Below are positions 12,414 through 25,478 of a stretch of 64,000 nt of DNA, in pieces. The position numbers and the translations under genes were made by a program. Position 1 is the stretch's first letter; each line of letters begins with the position of its first letter. Origin of the DNA: Takakia lepidozioides (lineage: Eukaryota > Plantae > Bryophyta); assembly GCA_030704615.1 (NCBI GenBank), contig CM060734.1, forward strand, positions 46,872,001 through 46,936,000, written 5' to 3'. The notes below the pieces were generated by a model. That model was not told the DNA's origin and made no database searches. It saw only the letters and a list, made by a program, of their open reading frames with translations.

Positions 12414-14228
12414 TATATCAAGGCAAGTGCCACTTGTATTACTGGAGTACACAGAGCTCCAAATGCTACGCTATGTGAACACCATCAATGTTGTCTGAAG
12501 TCTGAAGTCACGCAGAGTTGAATTGAAACTTCCAACATCTGTAATATGTGCAATACACAGATTAGCCAGACACAATATGGGTGACTGCAATCTTAGCAGT
12601 CACCCATATTCAGAGAAATTTATGTAGAAGAGAGATGATAGTTGCATAGTGCAACTTGCTGGTTTGAGAACATGAGAACCAAGTTGCCCTGAGGTCAATG
12701 TGCAGAAGAACATGAGGGGACAGCCTGCATAGTGAAAGACACAGAAAGCATGGCCAATATGAAGGAAACATTCATGCAATTTGAGTAGGATCCATTGTAT
12801 ATGTTGCATGCTGACAAATTTGAAGCTTGAAAATTCCACCGTAACTCTGCTCACCTCAGGTAAGAACAGGGAAAAGACTGTCCCTTTGTAAGGAGCTCAC
12901 TCCAGTAGTGTGACTTATGCTGGTATAACAATTGGTTGCTCTCTCTAGATTTCCTTTAAAATCCCTTCAAACAAGCATCAAGTGTGAGCTGCCCAGCAAT
13001 TAGACCCCAACAGGGCCAGGCTCAGCCTTGAGGTTCTGGTGAGACAGAGTTGTGCAGGTATGCATGAACTGAGCTCATGACATCCTTAGATACCCTGGCC
13101 AGAGTCTTCTCACTCTCCATACAAGTACAAATATATACAAGTACAAATAAAAGACTGCATTCTTATCATATGGGAGTGCATTCACAACATGCTATCGATA
13201 TGAAATGCATTGCAAGTACTAGCTCCAGTATGACTTCTTTACCAGCTACCACCAAAGATGTAGAATATTATATAAATCCATGTTCATTAGAGTATCCTTG
13301 GACTGACCTCTATTACAATTTGGGGTATGGCGAGACATCTCATAAATGATGTTGCCGTGATCAATCTTCAGCTGTCACTAATTGTGGCTAACTTCCTGTC
13401 ACAAAAGGTTCATCTGTCAACCAACGGGCCAATGCAGGACTTTCCCAACAATTCCTCAATAGGCAGATACAAACTTCGATGAGCCATTACAGCTGAGGTT
13501 GTGTAGAGTCACAATGTACTGATGATCCAAAATTGCTTTCCTTTCCTGCCTTTTCCATATCCATGATAAGCTCTCCACATTAGACAGGTTCCAAAAGTGT
13601 ATAGCCAGTACACAAGAGGTGTTGATGATTGACCAAGGTCGAAAACTAATGTTGCTTACAAATTGTTTGAAGTTTTTCCACCCATTCATGTAAACTTTTT
13701 TTACCATACGGTTGCAAACCTGTGCTCCACGAAACTACGCTGTGAGATAGGTCATATTACCAACTCCTGTCACTGAGGTTGATGACAGTTCCTTGGCTGC
13801 CTTTCCAGAAGGCAATCATGCAGGGGTGTATCCTTCAGCCAGACAGTCTGCTTCTCGGGTCCATCTCACCTCCATGTCTTGATCAGCTAACAAAAACCTT
13901 CCGAAGCGGGAACTTACTTCATGTCGTGATTGATAACTTATACCAAGTTAAAGTTAGTGCTAATGTAACCCAAGTGGATTATGCCCATGGATGCTGCATT
14001 TTGTGACCTTCTTTCATCCTAACCACCTGGGCCTAGATCCACCATTTGGTCCCCATATCCACTGAAGGAGCCAACCAGGAACAAAGAAGATATCTTTCTG
14101 TTCTCGTCTGTGCTGTCTGAATTGCAGCCCATCTTACCCCTTTAGATTGTAAACTCTCAAGTGGAGCCCCTGATATAGCAATGGATAGCCAGGGTTCTGT
14201 AGGAAGCAATCAATGGCAATACTTCCAG

Positions 14229-14411
14229 TCATTGTGTTTCAGACTTCTTCCTCGTTCCTACGGCCGCAGCTGAAGCTGCAGCTGCCACAGCTGCTGCAGC
14301 AGCGCCCACCTTAACACTTCCTGCAGAAGTAAAGATTGCTGCGACCTTGGCCACTGCTGCTAGTGCAGCAGCTGCTGCAGCTCTCATTACCACTGTCGGC
14401 TTGTAACCCAT
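14229..14411 (-). CDS. 60-aa Ala-rich microprotein with a spliced leader
   Basis: MGYKPTVVMRAAAAAALAAVAKVAAIFTSAGSVKVGAAAAAVAAAASAAAVGTRKKSETQ*. An acceptor (ccacgcag|AACATG) lies 3 nt before the ATG. Upstream exons are about 14997-14932 (GATG|gtgagt) and one ending near 15644 (AAG|gtacga). Confidence 0.65.
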   Translation of the reverse strand: MGYKPTVVMRAAAAAALAAVAKVAAIFTSAGSVKVGAAAAAVAAAASAAAVGTRKKSETQ

Positions 14412-14704
14412 GTTCTGCGTGGAATCTCAAACGACAGGAATCCTTCAGAAACCAATCTCTGCATCCAACATGATAACACAAACAACCGAGGAGTCTGTCT
14501 CAAGAACATTATTTGTTAAGTTGTCTCCACGTGTTGTGTGAGCAGCTTCTAGTAAGAGGCATCACTGAAAACAAAAAACTATCTTAGCACATACTTGCCA
14601 ACTGCATGCTGAGCCACACCCATCGGGTGGAAATAGTTCCTGGGCAAGAGAAGTTAATTATTATGTCCACAAGGGTTTGATGAGACTCCCAAAAGAAACC
14701 AAAA

Positions 14705-14835
14705 CAGAATGTACTCATAAGATGTTGTTTGACACAGCCTTGTGGCCATAGACCCCAAGCCCAGTTTGGGCAGAACAAGATGGAACAGAAAATACCTTTG
14801 TGAGGGACCCACTCCAGTTGTGGGACTTACCTTGA
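14705..14835 (-). mobile_element. LINE family A, diverged 3' end in the microprotein leader intron
   Basis: agaatgtactcataagatgttgtttgacacagccttgtggcc is the reverse complement of the A terminus. Confidence 0.8.
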
Positions 14836-16531
14836 TATAAATAATTCGCTAAGGCTTTCCAGTTTTTAAAAAAGAAAAGAAGAAAGAGAGAGTGAGAGAG
14901 AGAATTACGAAAGAAAAAGAGAGGTACTCACCATCTGCAGATGGGCTTCTCGTGAAAGAGTAAAGTAATATCTACAAAGCAAGAAACCCTGCCTACCTGC
15001 ATAATTGTATATGGACAATGTAACAAACAAGTGAAGGTATGCAGTTTGCACAGGTATATCTAGAACACAATAATGCCACAAGGAAGTCCTACAGCTTTCC
15101 ACATAGCCATTGACCATGCAAACACCATGGTTTTGTTCTATTCCCTTCCCAATGACCCACGCATCTCTCTTCCCCCCACCCACTAAAGGAGGAGTTGTTT
15201 AACCTACGACATGCATGATCCGACACTCCACTGTCTTTTCTTTCTTTCAGGGACCATTGTGTCTTTGCAGCCCGGAGAGCCTAAAGCAGAAGAATTAAAA
15301 ATGTGCCATAGTTTCTTAGTATGTTCCACAAGGCTCGCATTAAAGCTCTTTGGCCGTGATATTAATCCTTCTCAATCGCTGTCTCCCCTTCCAATGGCTC
15401 AGTTTGTAGGGCAGTACTTGCATCAAACCTCTAAATCAGTGTGAAGCACATTAGAGGCAAGATGCTCTCCGATCGAGAACATTCTTTGTCATGCTTCCGT
15501 GCCTAAAACAAAGGAAAAAACCTACCACGCATTAGATGATCAAGGCCAACTTGAAACCCAGCAGCTTTGAAAACAGGCATACATAACTTCAATCAACATC
15601 AATCAACATCAAATAGTTGATTCATATATTTCCAGTGTCGTACCTTCCCCAAAGTTGATAAATTCCTCGCGACTTCTCCACGAAACAGACAGGGCGACAC
15701 CCGGCCAGCACGAGACACCCACCCACTCTCTCGCAATACTTCCTCCTCTCCTCCCTCTACCCAAGGAGGAGAAGGAACGCAGCGGACAAACGCAAACCCA
15801 AAATTCCCATACAGATTGCTTCTACTTCAGTAGAATTGAATCTCTTTGCCTCCGTATCACAGTCAAACGTTCCTCTCTCTCTCTATCTCTGTGCACTCTT
15901 CTTCCATGGGGTGCTCAAGAACCGGTGGATAATCCTGGCACCGTTTTATTCTCTGCCGGCACCCTTTTGTCCTCCGGTCCTATACATGTATTTTAGACAC
16001 GCATACGACATCAATACATACAGAATAGTACAAATAATAATACAAGGTGCCTGAGTCTTATTTTGATTTTTCAGCATTGTGAGAAAGTGTGCCTCAACAG
16101 CCTGGTGGAAAGAATGTTCAAGTAGGGCGCTTGGCAGAAAGAGCTGACATGTTGAAGGAGACTTGGAAGGGTAGCTGATGACTCCGCTGGTTTTGAGGTT
16201 ATGAGGTCCTGCTCTGATGATTTTTCAGATGCTGGTATTCCATGCCTGCATGTCTCAATTACCGACAAATACAACTGAATTCCTAATTAGGAGGAGGTTC
16301 TCCACTATATCTGTATCGATACCATTTGTTTTGGTAAGAATGCTGTGATAGATCTGATGGCCCATGGACATTATCGTAAATGTTTTTTTTCCTCTTGTCA
16401 AGTGTGTTTAACACTCCCCATGTGAAACTATGGGCCGTGTTACCCCACAGGACTGGGGCACGGCCATTTCTTGGAACATGAGGCACCGGCAACATGTAGA
16501 GATTCTTGGGATGTGCGGCGATTGTAGGGAC

Positions 16532-19500
16532 CTAGGAAAGACTGCTGCGGAAGAAACGCACACCCTGCAACCCACCACCTCCCTTTGTTACAACCAGATG
16601 ATTCTGAGAGACAATCAAGCCCTAGAAGTATACTTGTTCCTCATTAACATGGGGAACTTGATGTAGGAATCTGTCAGACGTACATGAAGCTCTTATTGGG
16701 TGATATTCATTCCACAAATGAATTATATGAAGATGAACATGTATGTAGAAAATAAGAAAAACCAACTTCTGTGCTCCAAACCTGCAAGGCAAAGACAACA
16801 TCCTCTTCGGCGACTTGCAATATCACTCTGCGAAGACGATCCTCGCGGGATGCACCCAACTTCAACAATGCCTGCTTTTGTCATAGAACCACGAATAGCT
16901 CAACAGTCATGAATAGTCAAGTTAACAGAAATAACCAATTTAAGGATAGCAATCAATGACCTCATAGCTTTGGTGTGCCTAGAAAGCTGAGCCCTCTGCC
17001 AAGCCGTAGAGCCTTAAGATCGCTACAAGTGACGTCAGGTTAACCTCCTTTCCGATTCTAGTCTTATCCCTTGCTGACCACTTTGGGGGCTTTATTAGGT
17101 GTCTGCTGAAATTCCCCTTGTCCCTTTAGCTGCTTTCCTGCTCTATTGGCTTGGTTTGCCAAGGTTGGGTACAAGGATTCTGGTCTATAAAGTTTCATCA
17201 AGGGTGCTCCCCCCTTCCCTTGTAAAGACAGAAGGAAAGCAAAACGAGAGAATATAACCTTTATAGCTTCCCAAAAAGGAGAGAGTCACACAAGAGATGA
17301 ATGTGTCCAACTAGAGAGAGGATCCCAGCCAGAGCCGGTGTAACTAAGAGCCTCTCCAACACAAGGGGTGCTGTTCTCTTTCAAGGTGGGCATTAGCCTA
17401 CAGAGAAAATGGCTGCAAAAGAGGAAGAATGCTAAAATGGACAGCCGTACATTGTGAAGTGGAACCTGAAGGGTGAGGGGGCATACCTGATCAGCAAGCA
17501 CACAGCACATACAAGAAAATTCATTGGCTGCAACCGAATGCATTGCTGTTGCTTTGCAGAAGTCCAAATATGCCTTGTTGAGCTGCGGCCTCCCATTGTA
17601 TACATATGTCATTCCAAACATCTACCTTTTTCTAATGCATATCATGGCACAGGCACTTCACCCTATTAGAACCTGTACAGCAGATGGGAGTGAAATATTT
17701 GAAGTTCTTGGACACCCTTGGCACACTATGGGAAGCCAAAACGGCCACCCAAACAGTATACCCGGGAAAAAATCCAACACCTAGTACCAAATCAGAATCT
17801 CACTCCGTACTTTGAGGTATATACCACGGAATTAGATGGAAAATAGATCATGAAACAGACCTCGGCAAGGGTAGCATCCTTTTTGGAACGGCGAAAAAGA
17901 CGCACTGCTGCACACAGCACCATCTGTTCTGGCCACCATCACAGACTGATGAGCAAGCCTGAGAGAAAGAGAGAAACAAAGAAATGTATACTGTTCATGG
18001 GAAGCTCAGAGAGCTCATGGGAGAAAGAACTAAAACAGGGAACAGCACTAAGCGAGAGAGAGAGAGAATGTACTCATAAGACGACGTTGGCCGTAGCCTT
18101 GTGGCCATTGACCCCGCGCCCAGTTTGAGCGGAACACAAAGGGACAGAAACTACCTTTGTCAGGGGCTGACGCCAGTAGTATGACTTACCTTGGAACAGG
18201 CAATTGATCCGTGTTTCCAGATATCCTCTAGAAATCCCTTTACACAAGCATCAATCTGCTGTGTGTGGTTTGCCCAATAACTAGGCCCCAAAAGGGCCTG
18301 GGCTTTTGGCTCAGCCTCGAGACTTTCAAAGTTGGTAAACATAGGTACAGGCACAATTCCCTTGCTGAATTTGAAGAGGGTGTCTCTCTGGTGAGAGTAC
18401 CCAGGACAATGAATCAGAAATTGAATATTGTCTTCAGGTTGCCCACACAATGGGCACTTGCAATCCCCCTTTCCTCTCTGCTTCTGTTTGCTGTTCAAAG
18501 GTAGGCTTGAATTTCAGTCTAGTGCCGAGAGCGCGTAAACCCTTGAGGTCATCCATAATGGCCTCCCCCATGTCACAGACTGGAAACAAGTTCAGGGAAG
18601 TTTCCTGTCTAACTTCATTTTCATCAGACAATTTCCTGGCCACAGCATGGCTTTGGACACTACAACCTCTCTAAGTCAGATTTATCCAGCAGGGTCAACA
18701 CTTGCGGGCTTAGATTCAGATCCTTGAAAATCTCTTCTACCCTCTTCCGCCAGGACTTAGCCTGTTTGACAGGGCCATCCTGCTTCCAAGATATAGGGTC
18801 GATCAACTTAGGATATCTGATATTAGTCATACATTGCAGCTGACCCCACCATCTGACCTTGAATTCATCTCGTCGGGAGCTTAAGGGAGGGATGCCAAAC
18901 TCACCTCGAACAGCCACATTGGCTGTTTTGGGGCATGCTGACATGCACTCCTTAAGCACCCCCACTTGAATGGATTCTAGAGAATGTACTCATAAGACGT
19001 TGTTTGCCGTAATGGATTCTAGAGACTTAGCCTGGTTGGAGTTATCAACCCATACTGCAGATGCGTACTCCAAGGCAGGCCTAATAACGTGGCAAAGCAT
19101 GGTTTTTTGACTTCAGAGTTGATTCCTCTGCAGTGGAAAAAACTGGTGAGACCCAATGTTTTGCGCTTGCCAGATGAAGAACTTTTTGAATATGTGCAAC
19201 CCAATTACACTAGGCTACAGAAAACAACGTCCTATGAGTACGTTCTCTCTCTCTGTCTCTCTCTCAACCCCTTGAGGATGTGGAAAGTGAGGGATGTGGC
19301 TTAAGGGTGGGTGATGATGCCACCATACCAGCCCTTATGTTTGCAGATGACTTCACAGGCATAGGGGAGACTCCATCCAATCTTCAGGAGTTGATTGATT
19401 GCACGAATAGATACTTTGACCTTTGGGGCTCAAGGCTAACGTCAGTAAATGCACAGTGGTGGCATTCAACGACTGAGGGGAGGGAGGAGGCGATCTCAAG

Positions 19501-22500
19501 TGGCAGTAGGCAAGCCAAGAGATTCCGGTCCTCCCTTCCTACACATACCTTGGCGTTGAGTTTTCCTCCAAGATAGACCCGAGACACAGAGAGGGAGAAT
19601 GTAATCATAAGACATTGTTTGCTGTAGCCTTGTTGCCATAGACCCCGTGCCCAGTTTGGGCGGAACAAAAGGGACGAGTGTGACTTACCATGATGAAGAC
19701 AATTAGTTTGAGTTTTCCAGATATCCTCTAGAAAGCCCTTCCCAGCCCTTCACACAAGCATGTGTCTCATGCAGGTGAGCTGCTAAGTAATTCTGGTCCT
19801 TAGAAATAATTTCTCTTCCGTGGGGGTTCCATAGCATCCACAGAAAAAAATGAAGCTGGTAGCTTACAAGGTTGAGCAAGGACCTGCTGGTGCGGGGGTA
19901 AAGCCTGAATGGTGTCAACCACCGCTGAGCGATATGTCCTTGCCAAAGCCTTGGCCATATGATCTATCCGCACCTGTCATGAAAAGTTCTATACGGTCAT
20001 ATCTCAATGGCAGACTTAAAGAAAACTGGGGCCGAGGGGTTGAGTTTCTTTGCAAAAAGGACCCTTCGTGTTTACTTCCTCTTGTCACAACACTCCAACA
20101 AACTGATGAACTGACCATATTGAGGAGACTCTTTCCACATCCTTAGAGTCGGTTAGTACTGTACTCAATACCCTGAGTAGGGGCCAATGATCACTTATTT
20201 CTGCTTTTCTGTAGCAGATGGGCAGAAAGAGTGCCTGCCTCTAATGCACACTACAAGTTTCAGTGCCTTTAAATATGTGCTCATTGTCTTCATCTGCTAA
20301 GCACATTGGGCTTTCAATCATGAAACCTGCACATGAAGATCAGCATACTGGACAAGCAATTAGAAGACGGCTAATCATCATAATACCGCCTTATCGATTT
20401 TCAAGTGGGAAGTCATACTAGGATGTGATTTATGTGGAGATGTGTAAGGGTGTACAACTCTATGCTTCATTGGTGGGGCATTTGTGCTGAGGTGCAGCCG
20501 TGTCAAATATTTCAGGGGATCGGAAATCTCAGTATAGGAATTACCAGATTTATCTCCTCACTGCATCTGGATCTTTGACTCAAGCCTACCAGCTCAGACA
20601 TGAGTTCAATATCTTCCTCATTTCCAAGTTCTTCTTTTGCCTCCACTTCTAATATCTCCAGTGCACTCCTGAACATAGTCAAATTGCATGAGGTTAAAAT
20701 GAGAATTAGCATAATGTTTTACACACAACTCTAATGTCTTGGGAAGCGTGCTTCCTCCTCCTCTCCTGCTTTGGGGTAGTATTGAGCCGTGTACATGGAG
20801 CACTGAACTTTGATTTTTACACCTAATAGGCTCACCTGGACTGTCAGATTGGCAAGAATCAAGTGCAATTCCTACAAATAAATTCAAGCTCATTAGGGAA
20901 TCATGAACACAGCGAGATAGAGTATAAGATGGGACACTCTCGCAGAATTGACCAACCTGCTTTAGTAACAGCATGCCAACATAGCCTAACAGTTTTGTCT
21001 CATTCTAGCCCAGATTGGGTATGTCATCTAACTTTACCCTAGCTCACACCACTGGGAACATGATTGTGTTGACTGCTACGCAATAGAGCGATAAAGAATA
21101 TACCTGCAGACATTCAGGGCTTTCCTCATGTCCCCTGATGCAGCTGCTACTTTCTGTCACCAAAAAGAGCTCAAATAGGGAATAAGATCCTCTCTTTAGG
21201 GACACACAAACTGTCAGCTTTGAGGACCACCAGTCCTGGCAAAGCATGACACACTTCGTCTTCGGGGGTCGTTTGATGTCTTCTGAAGTGGTTGCTTGTT
21301 GTTCTACTTTGTCCCATGGGCTGTTGGGGCCATATGGGCACTATAAAATCTTTTTTCTTTCTTCACTCTCCGGTAAAATCTGGGAGGCCAGATTGACTTC
21401 ATTTTAATGATGAAAGAGATTCCCAAGCAAACTGTTTATAGCAACATGCTAAAACAAATGAAAAATGCAAACAAAGTAGACAAGGTCATCACAGCCAAGG
21501 TATCCTGTACTTACTCTTGCACAGAGCTCTAAAGCCAACGGATGAAAGACTTTGAACGGAGCACCCTGCAAATACCACCAATGCCACCACACTACTCAAT
21601 TGACACTCCAATGGACCCTTCATATCTTTGTGAAGGACATGGCACCATTTCAGGCAAGCAAAAAGCTTGAGGCACAGACTAAAGTGCAATCAAGGCCCAC
21701 AGCACTGGAAAAAAGTGAGAACCTTCAATCTTTGCTTCAACACAGTAAGAATCTGGTCCTTGGTATATGCTGGGAAAGTCACGACATCTGGCTTGCCTGC
21801 ATGAAATCAACCAAGAAGAGTAGCATAGCTTAGCTGATCAAACCTGGAAATAGTCTACATACAATTTAGGTTAACAAAGAGCAGTTATCCCCTCTTTCAC
21901 GTACTTGAATGATCAATGGCAAAAATCCAGCAACCAACAGCAGGGGAAACTAGCTGCATAAACTTCACTAAAGAGCAAACTTACAGTTCATAGACTGAAG
22001 CTTCGGCAAAAAGCGGTCGGTAAGGTCAATAGCATTAGCAACTCCTGGAAAAGGGAACAGCACATACAAGCGTATTACTAGAATAAGCCTGCTCATAAAA
22101 ACCATAGAGAGAATATTGAAGCATGAGTGGCATAAAGGTCATACCCCACGGTGCTATGTTGTTTTAGTGGTCTAGCAACATGTCCAGTGAGACAGCTATA
22201 TTATGTACTAATGAGGTGTTGCTTTGCAATGGCGTTGTTGCTACAGACTCCTATGCCCAGTTAGGACAGCAGAGAGTGGAGAAGAAAGGGGAGGGTAAAC
22301 AGAGGGGCACTAGAGTGGTCACTCTGAGAGAAAAAGAAAGCTCTAACATTTATAGAAAGCCCTTCGGAGCGAAAGTAAGAAAGGAACTTTATCACGTCCA
22401 CAAGGAAGGAGAGAGAAAACCAGGAAGAGTTTTTTTAGTGCTTGGATGGCCCCTGGACAAAGTAGGCAATGAGATACCCAAACCCAGAATACACCAGAAT

Positions 22501-25478
22501 GTCACACGAAGATGTACTCATAAGATGTTGTTTGCTGTAGCCTTGTGGCCATTGATCCCGCGCCCAGTTTGAGCAGTACACAAAGGGACAGAAGCTACCT
22601 TTGTCAGGGGACGCCGGTAGTATGACTTACCTTGAAACGAATGAGCCACAACACATCCAGTGGTTGAAGGAAGAACAGTGAGAGACAGAGACAAAGCACA
22701 ACATTCTGATGTATATACAAAACTGTACAAACAGAAATGCTGCATTTTGCAGAAAAGCAACAATACCTATCAAAATGCAGCGGGAGTTTGGGAAAGTAGG
22801 GAGACGAAACAAATCGTAGAGAACTGCTTGATCTCTTGTGATTAGGTAATCCATCTCGTCCACAATCATCAGCCTATTTGACAGCACACATGACAAGGTT
22901 ACCAAAAACAACAATGTGTCCTGCAATTTTGAGCCCAGGCCAATTCCTCCAAGAATGAAGTGATTCATCATAACTCAATTCCAACCATACTCTGAGAGAA
23001 AACCCTAGCATGTATGAAGGCTTGTGTTTAGGTGGCAGAACAATAAGACGGTCTCTGATTTGCAAAAAGCAGTGTTTCAGTTATGAATCTGACATTGATG
23101 TTGACTGATACATGTCACTAATCTCCATTATGGTAGGCACTAGTTTCAGCCAATTGGAAATTTAACCCAAGTCTACATGCTGAACCAGCAAGCACACCCT
23201 TCCCGCGCCATTGCCAAGTAAAGCAAGAAAAGATGCACTCACAGCATTCTCTTTGAAGTTTTGGGAGATGGCGACATGTCACACACCCTTTGCCTTAGCT
23301 CTTTCAAACAAACTGACATGCTTTTCTGAGCCAAGTCATTACCCCTATTGGACTTGAGTGACTGCAACACCTGTTCAGTTGAAACGATTCATCAGTGCAA
23401 GAGGATCTGAACGTTTACAAAATGTTGGTTGGTGGCCACAAGGTCATCACTTTTCTAGACTTCATGGTGGAAATAGTTTGGGTGGTGCAAGGCTGCTAAG
23501 ATATTCACCACATGTGAGGAAAGTAGTAGTTGGTCTCAGCAGGGTATACACGTCACCCATCATCTATTGCACCACCTTCAGAGAAATAAGCTGTACTTGG
23601 ATACTCCTCAGGCTACACTTTGTTGCGAATGAGAGGGATTGTGAAAGACCTGGCTTACAATCTTTCACAATCCCTCCTTGCAAGGAATTGTGTCTTGTAG
23701 CTGAGCTAGGTGACAAGTATGCAAGGCCAGATTGCTTATCTGAAAGTGGTGATTGCAAGGGATAGAGACTGTGAGCAAGGCTGAGGGAGAAATGGGGTCT
23801 TATACATAAGTTATGTGACATCTATTTCCAAGCAACTGCTGGCAAATCCTTGGAAAAATTCTAGCTAGCCTTGAAAAGTATACATTAGGGAATAAAATTT
23901 CTATAGGTTAGATCCAAACCTTGTTAGCACAAGGACAAAAACTAATGGAGAAATTAGAATTAATCACCCCGCCTATTTGTTGTCCAGCCTAAGTGACACT
24001 TCAAACAACCTTCGCTATGTCCAACTTAACCCTTGGAGAGTTGGTGACAAATCACGGGTTCTTCTAACCGGTAGACAGATTGTCTGTACGTGGAGAATAT
24101 CCTATTATTCTTGGGAGAAATCCAAGATAGAAACAATTCAAGGAAACAAACAGAAGACCACAAAAGACATCAGACCTACACAGACTACACAGGCTACACT
24201 CACGTCACTTGAACAGCCTGCTGTTTGGAAACCATAAAGAAGGACATTGAAGACAGAGAAACACCAGCATCTTACAGTCCCCTCACCTTCTGATAAATGT
24301 TCCGTGGATCTGTCAACGAAGTGCAGTTTAAGGCAATAATCTCCGGGGGCAGCATTTGCACCTACAGTTCATACATCTCAATAGTACAAATTTTCTCCAG
24401 CCATTTCTCCAGCAATGATGGCAAAGAAACCCTAGCCCTAGCTAGCAAAGAGATGCCCGCATATCACGATACATGAAAGACATGTTAAACGTTGTTGGCC
24501 AAGAAGGTTGCTGGTCTTTTTTAAGGAAATTGTAGAATCTCTCACCTCTCTTGTCCAGTCAAGGCAGAGTGACTTGAGCTTCTCCATAGTCAATGACTTT
24601 CCAGTTCCTGGGCAGCCACACACATACAAACTGCCTGCGCTTTGCTCCAATACACATGCTTTACAGAAGTCAATCACTTTTTGTTGCTCAGCCTCTCGAC
24701 ACAACACTGTGGAAGGTACTGCTGACAGATGTAATGCTGTCTTCACAGCCAGAACGTGAGAGGGATCTGCAAACATGTCCCACGTATTTCAAGTATTCAG
24801 CATGTCTCGAGCACCAACTGCGCATGGTGCAGATACTACTTGCACATGGTGCCCTATAAACTTACATCAAACTAAATCCTATTTCAAATGAGACCCTCCT
24901 TACCTCAAATGGAGTTAGAATAATTTTATTTCAAGATGATGATTGCAATATGAATGGCTCGTTTCAAGTTCCACCCATAGAAGTAAATCCACTTGGCCTT
25001 CACCCCGTTCTGGTCATTCTTCTGGAGTAATTACTTATACAGAGAGCACTTTGTCTGCCAAAAGCCGTAGTATTTGACTGAAGCCATCACCTTGAGTGAG
25101 GTCACTAGAGTGTGCACACTACCAGCAGGGGCAATCTGGCTCAAAGCGCTAGTTGCAAATTTGAAGGGAGCTCGTTAGTCTCAGACTTCTGAGAAGAAGG
25201 AAGTGGGAGGGAATGAGAGAGAGCATGAAATTGCAACCAATGATTTAACACAGATAGTTGAAAAAGATAGGAGGACACAGAGCAAAAATGGGTACCTACC
25301 AGCAACTATCCTTTATAACCACTGAGAGAGGATCTGGGTTACCAGTTGGTTCCCATGTTGGCGCCCACATTTGTTGTACTGAGTCAGCGATTTCGCCAGG
25401 TTGCAGTCTGCTGATATTGCTATCAGATTTGGATGAAGAACTCAGTTTCCGCTTGACTTGTCCACGCCGTCCCTTCAT
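16532..25478 (-). CDS. CDC6: Cell division control protein 6 (AAA+ replication licensing factor)
   Basis: Exons: 25478-25343, 24766-24546 (GSLYVCGCPGTGKS, Walker A), 24361-24287, 23370-23243, 22873-22767 (IVDEMDYL, Walker B), 22044-21985 (ANAIDLTDRFLP), 21796-21723, 21565-21515, 21153-21104 (SGDMRKAL), 20668-20545, 19973-19884, 17923-17861, 17582-17487 and 16871-16782, plus the terminal 16564-16532 (GVRFFRSSLS*). All are GT-AG and in phase. The start codon is the least certain part. Confidence 0.95.
18055..19760. mobile_element. Cluster of LINE family A fragments in both orientations in CDC6 intron 17924-19883
   Basis: Minus copy about 18055-19210 carrying a nested 27-bp insertion; plus 3' tip about 19211-19262; plus RT piece about 19263-19572 (IPALMFADDF); minus 3' end about 19575-19760. 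Confidence 0.9.
22512..22637 (-). mobile_element. LINE family A 3' end in a CDC6 intron
   Basis: [39 protein letters not shown]. Confidence 0.9.

Noticed and set aside
16960-17361. LTR-like sequence (TATA-like motif, ends ...CCAACA) in a CDC6 intron
   Set aside because: No matching TG start or TSD could be found.
25156-25176. TTGAAGGGAGCTC match to miR159/miR319
   Set aside because: Only about 13 nt match, the miRNA 5' region mismatches, and no precursor hairpin is evident.
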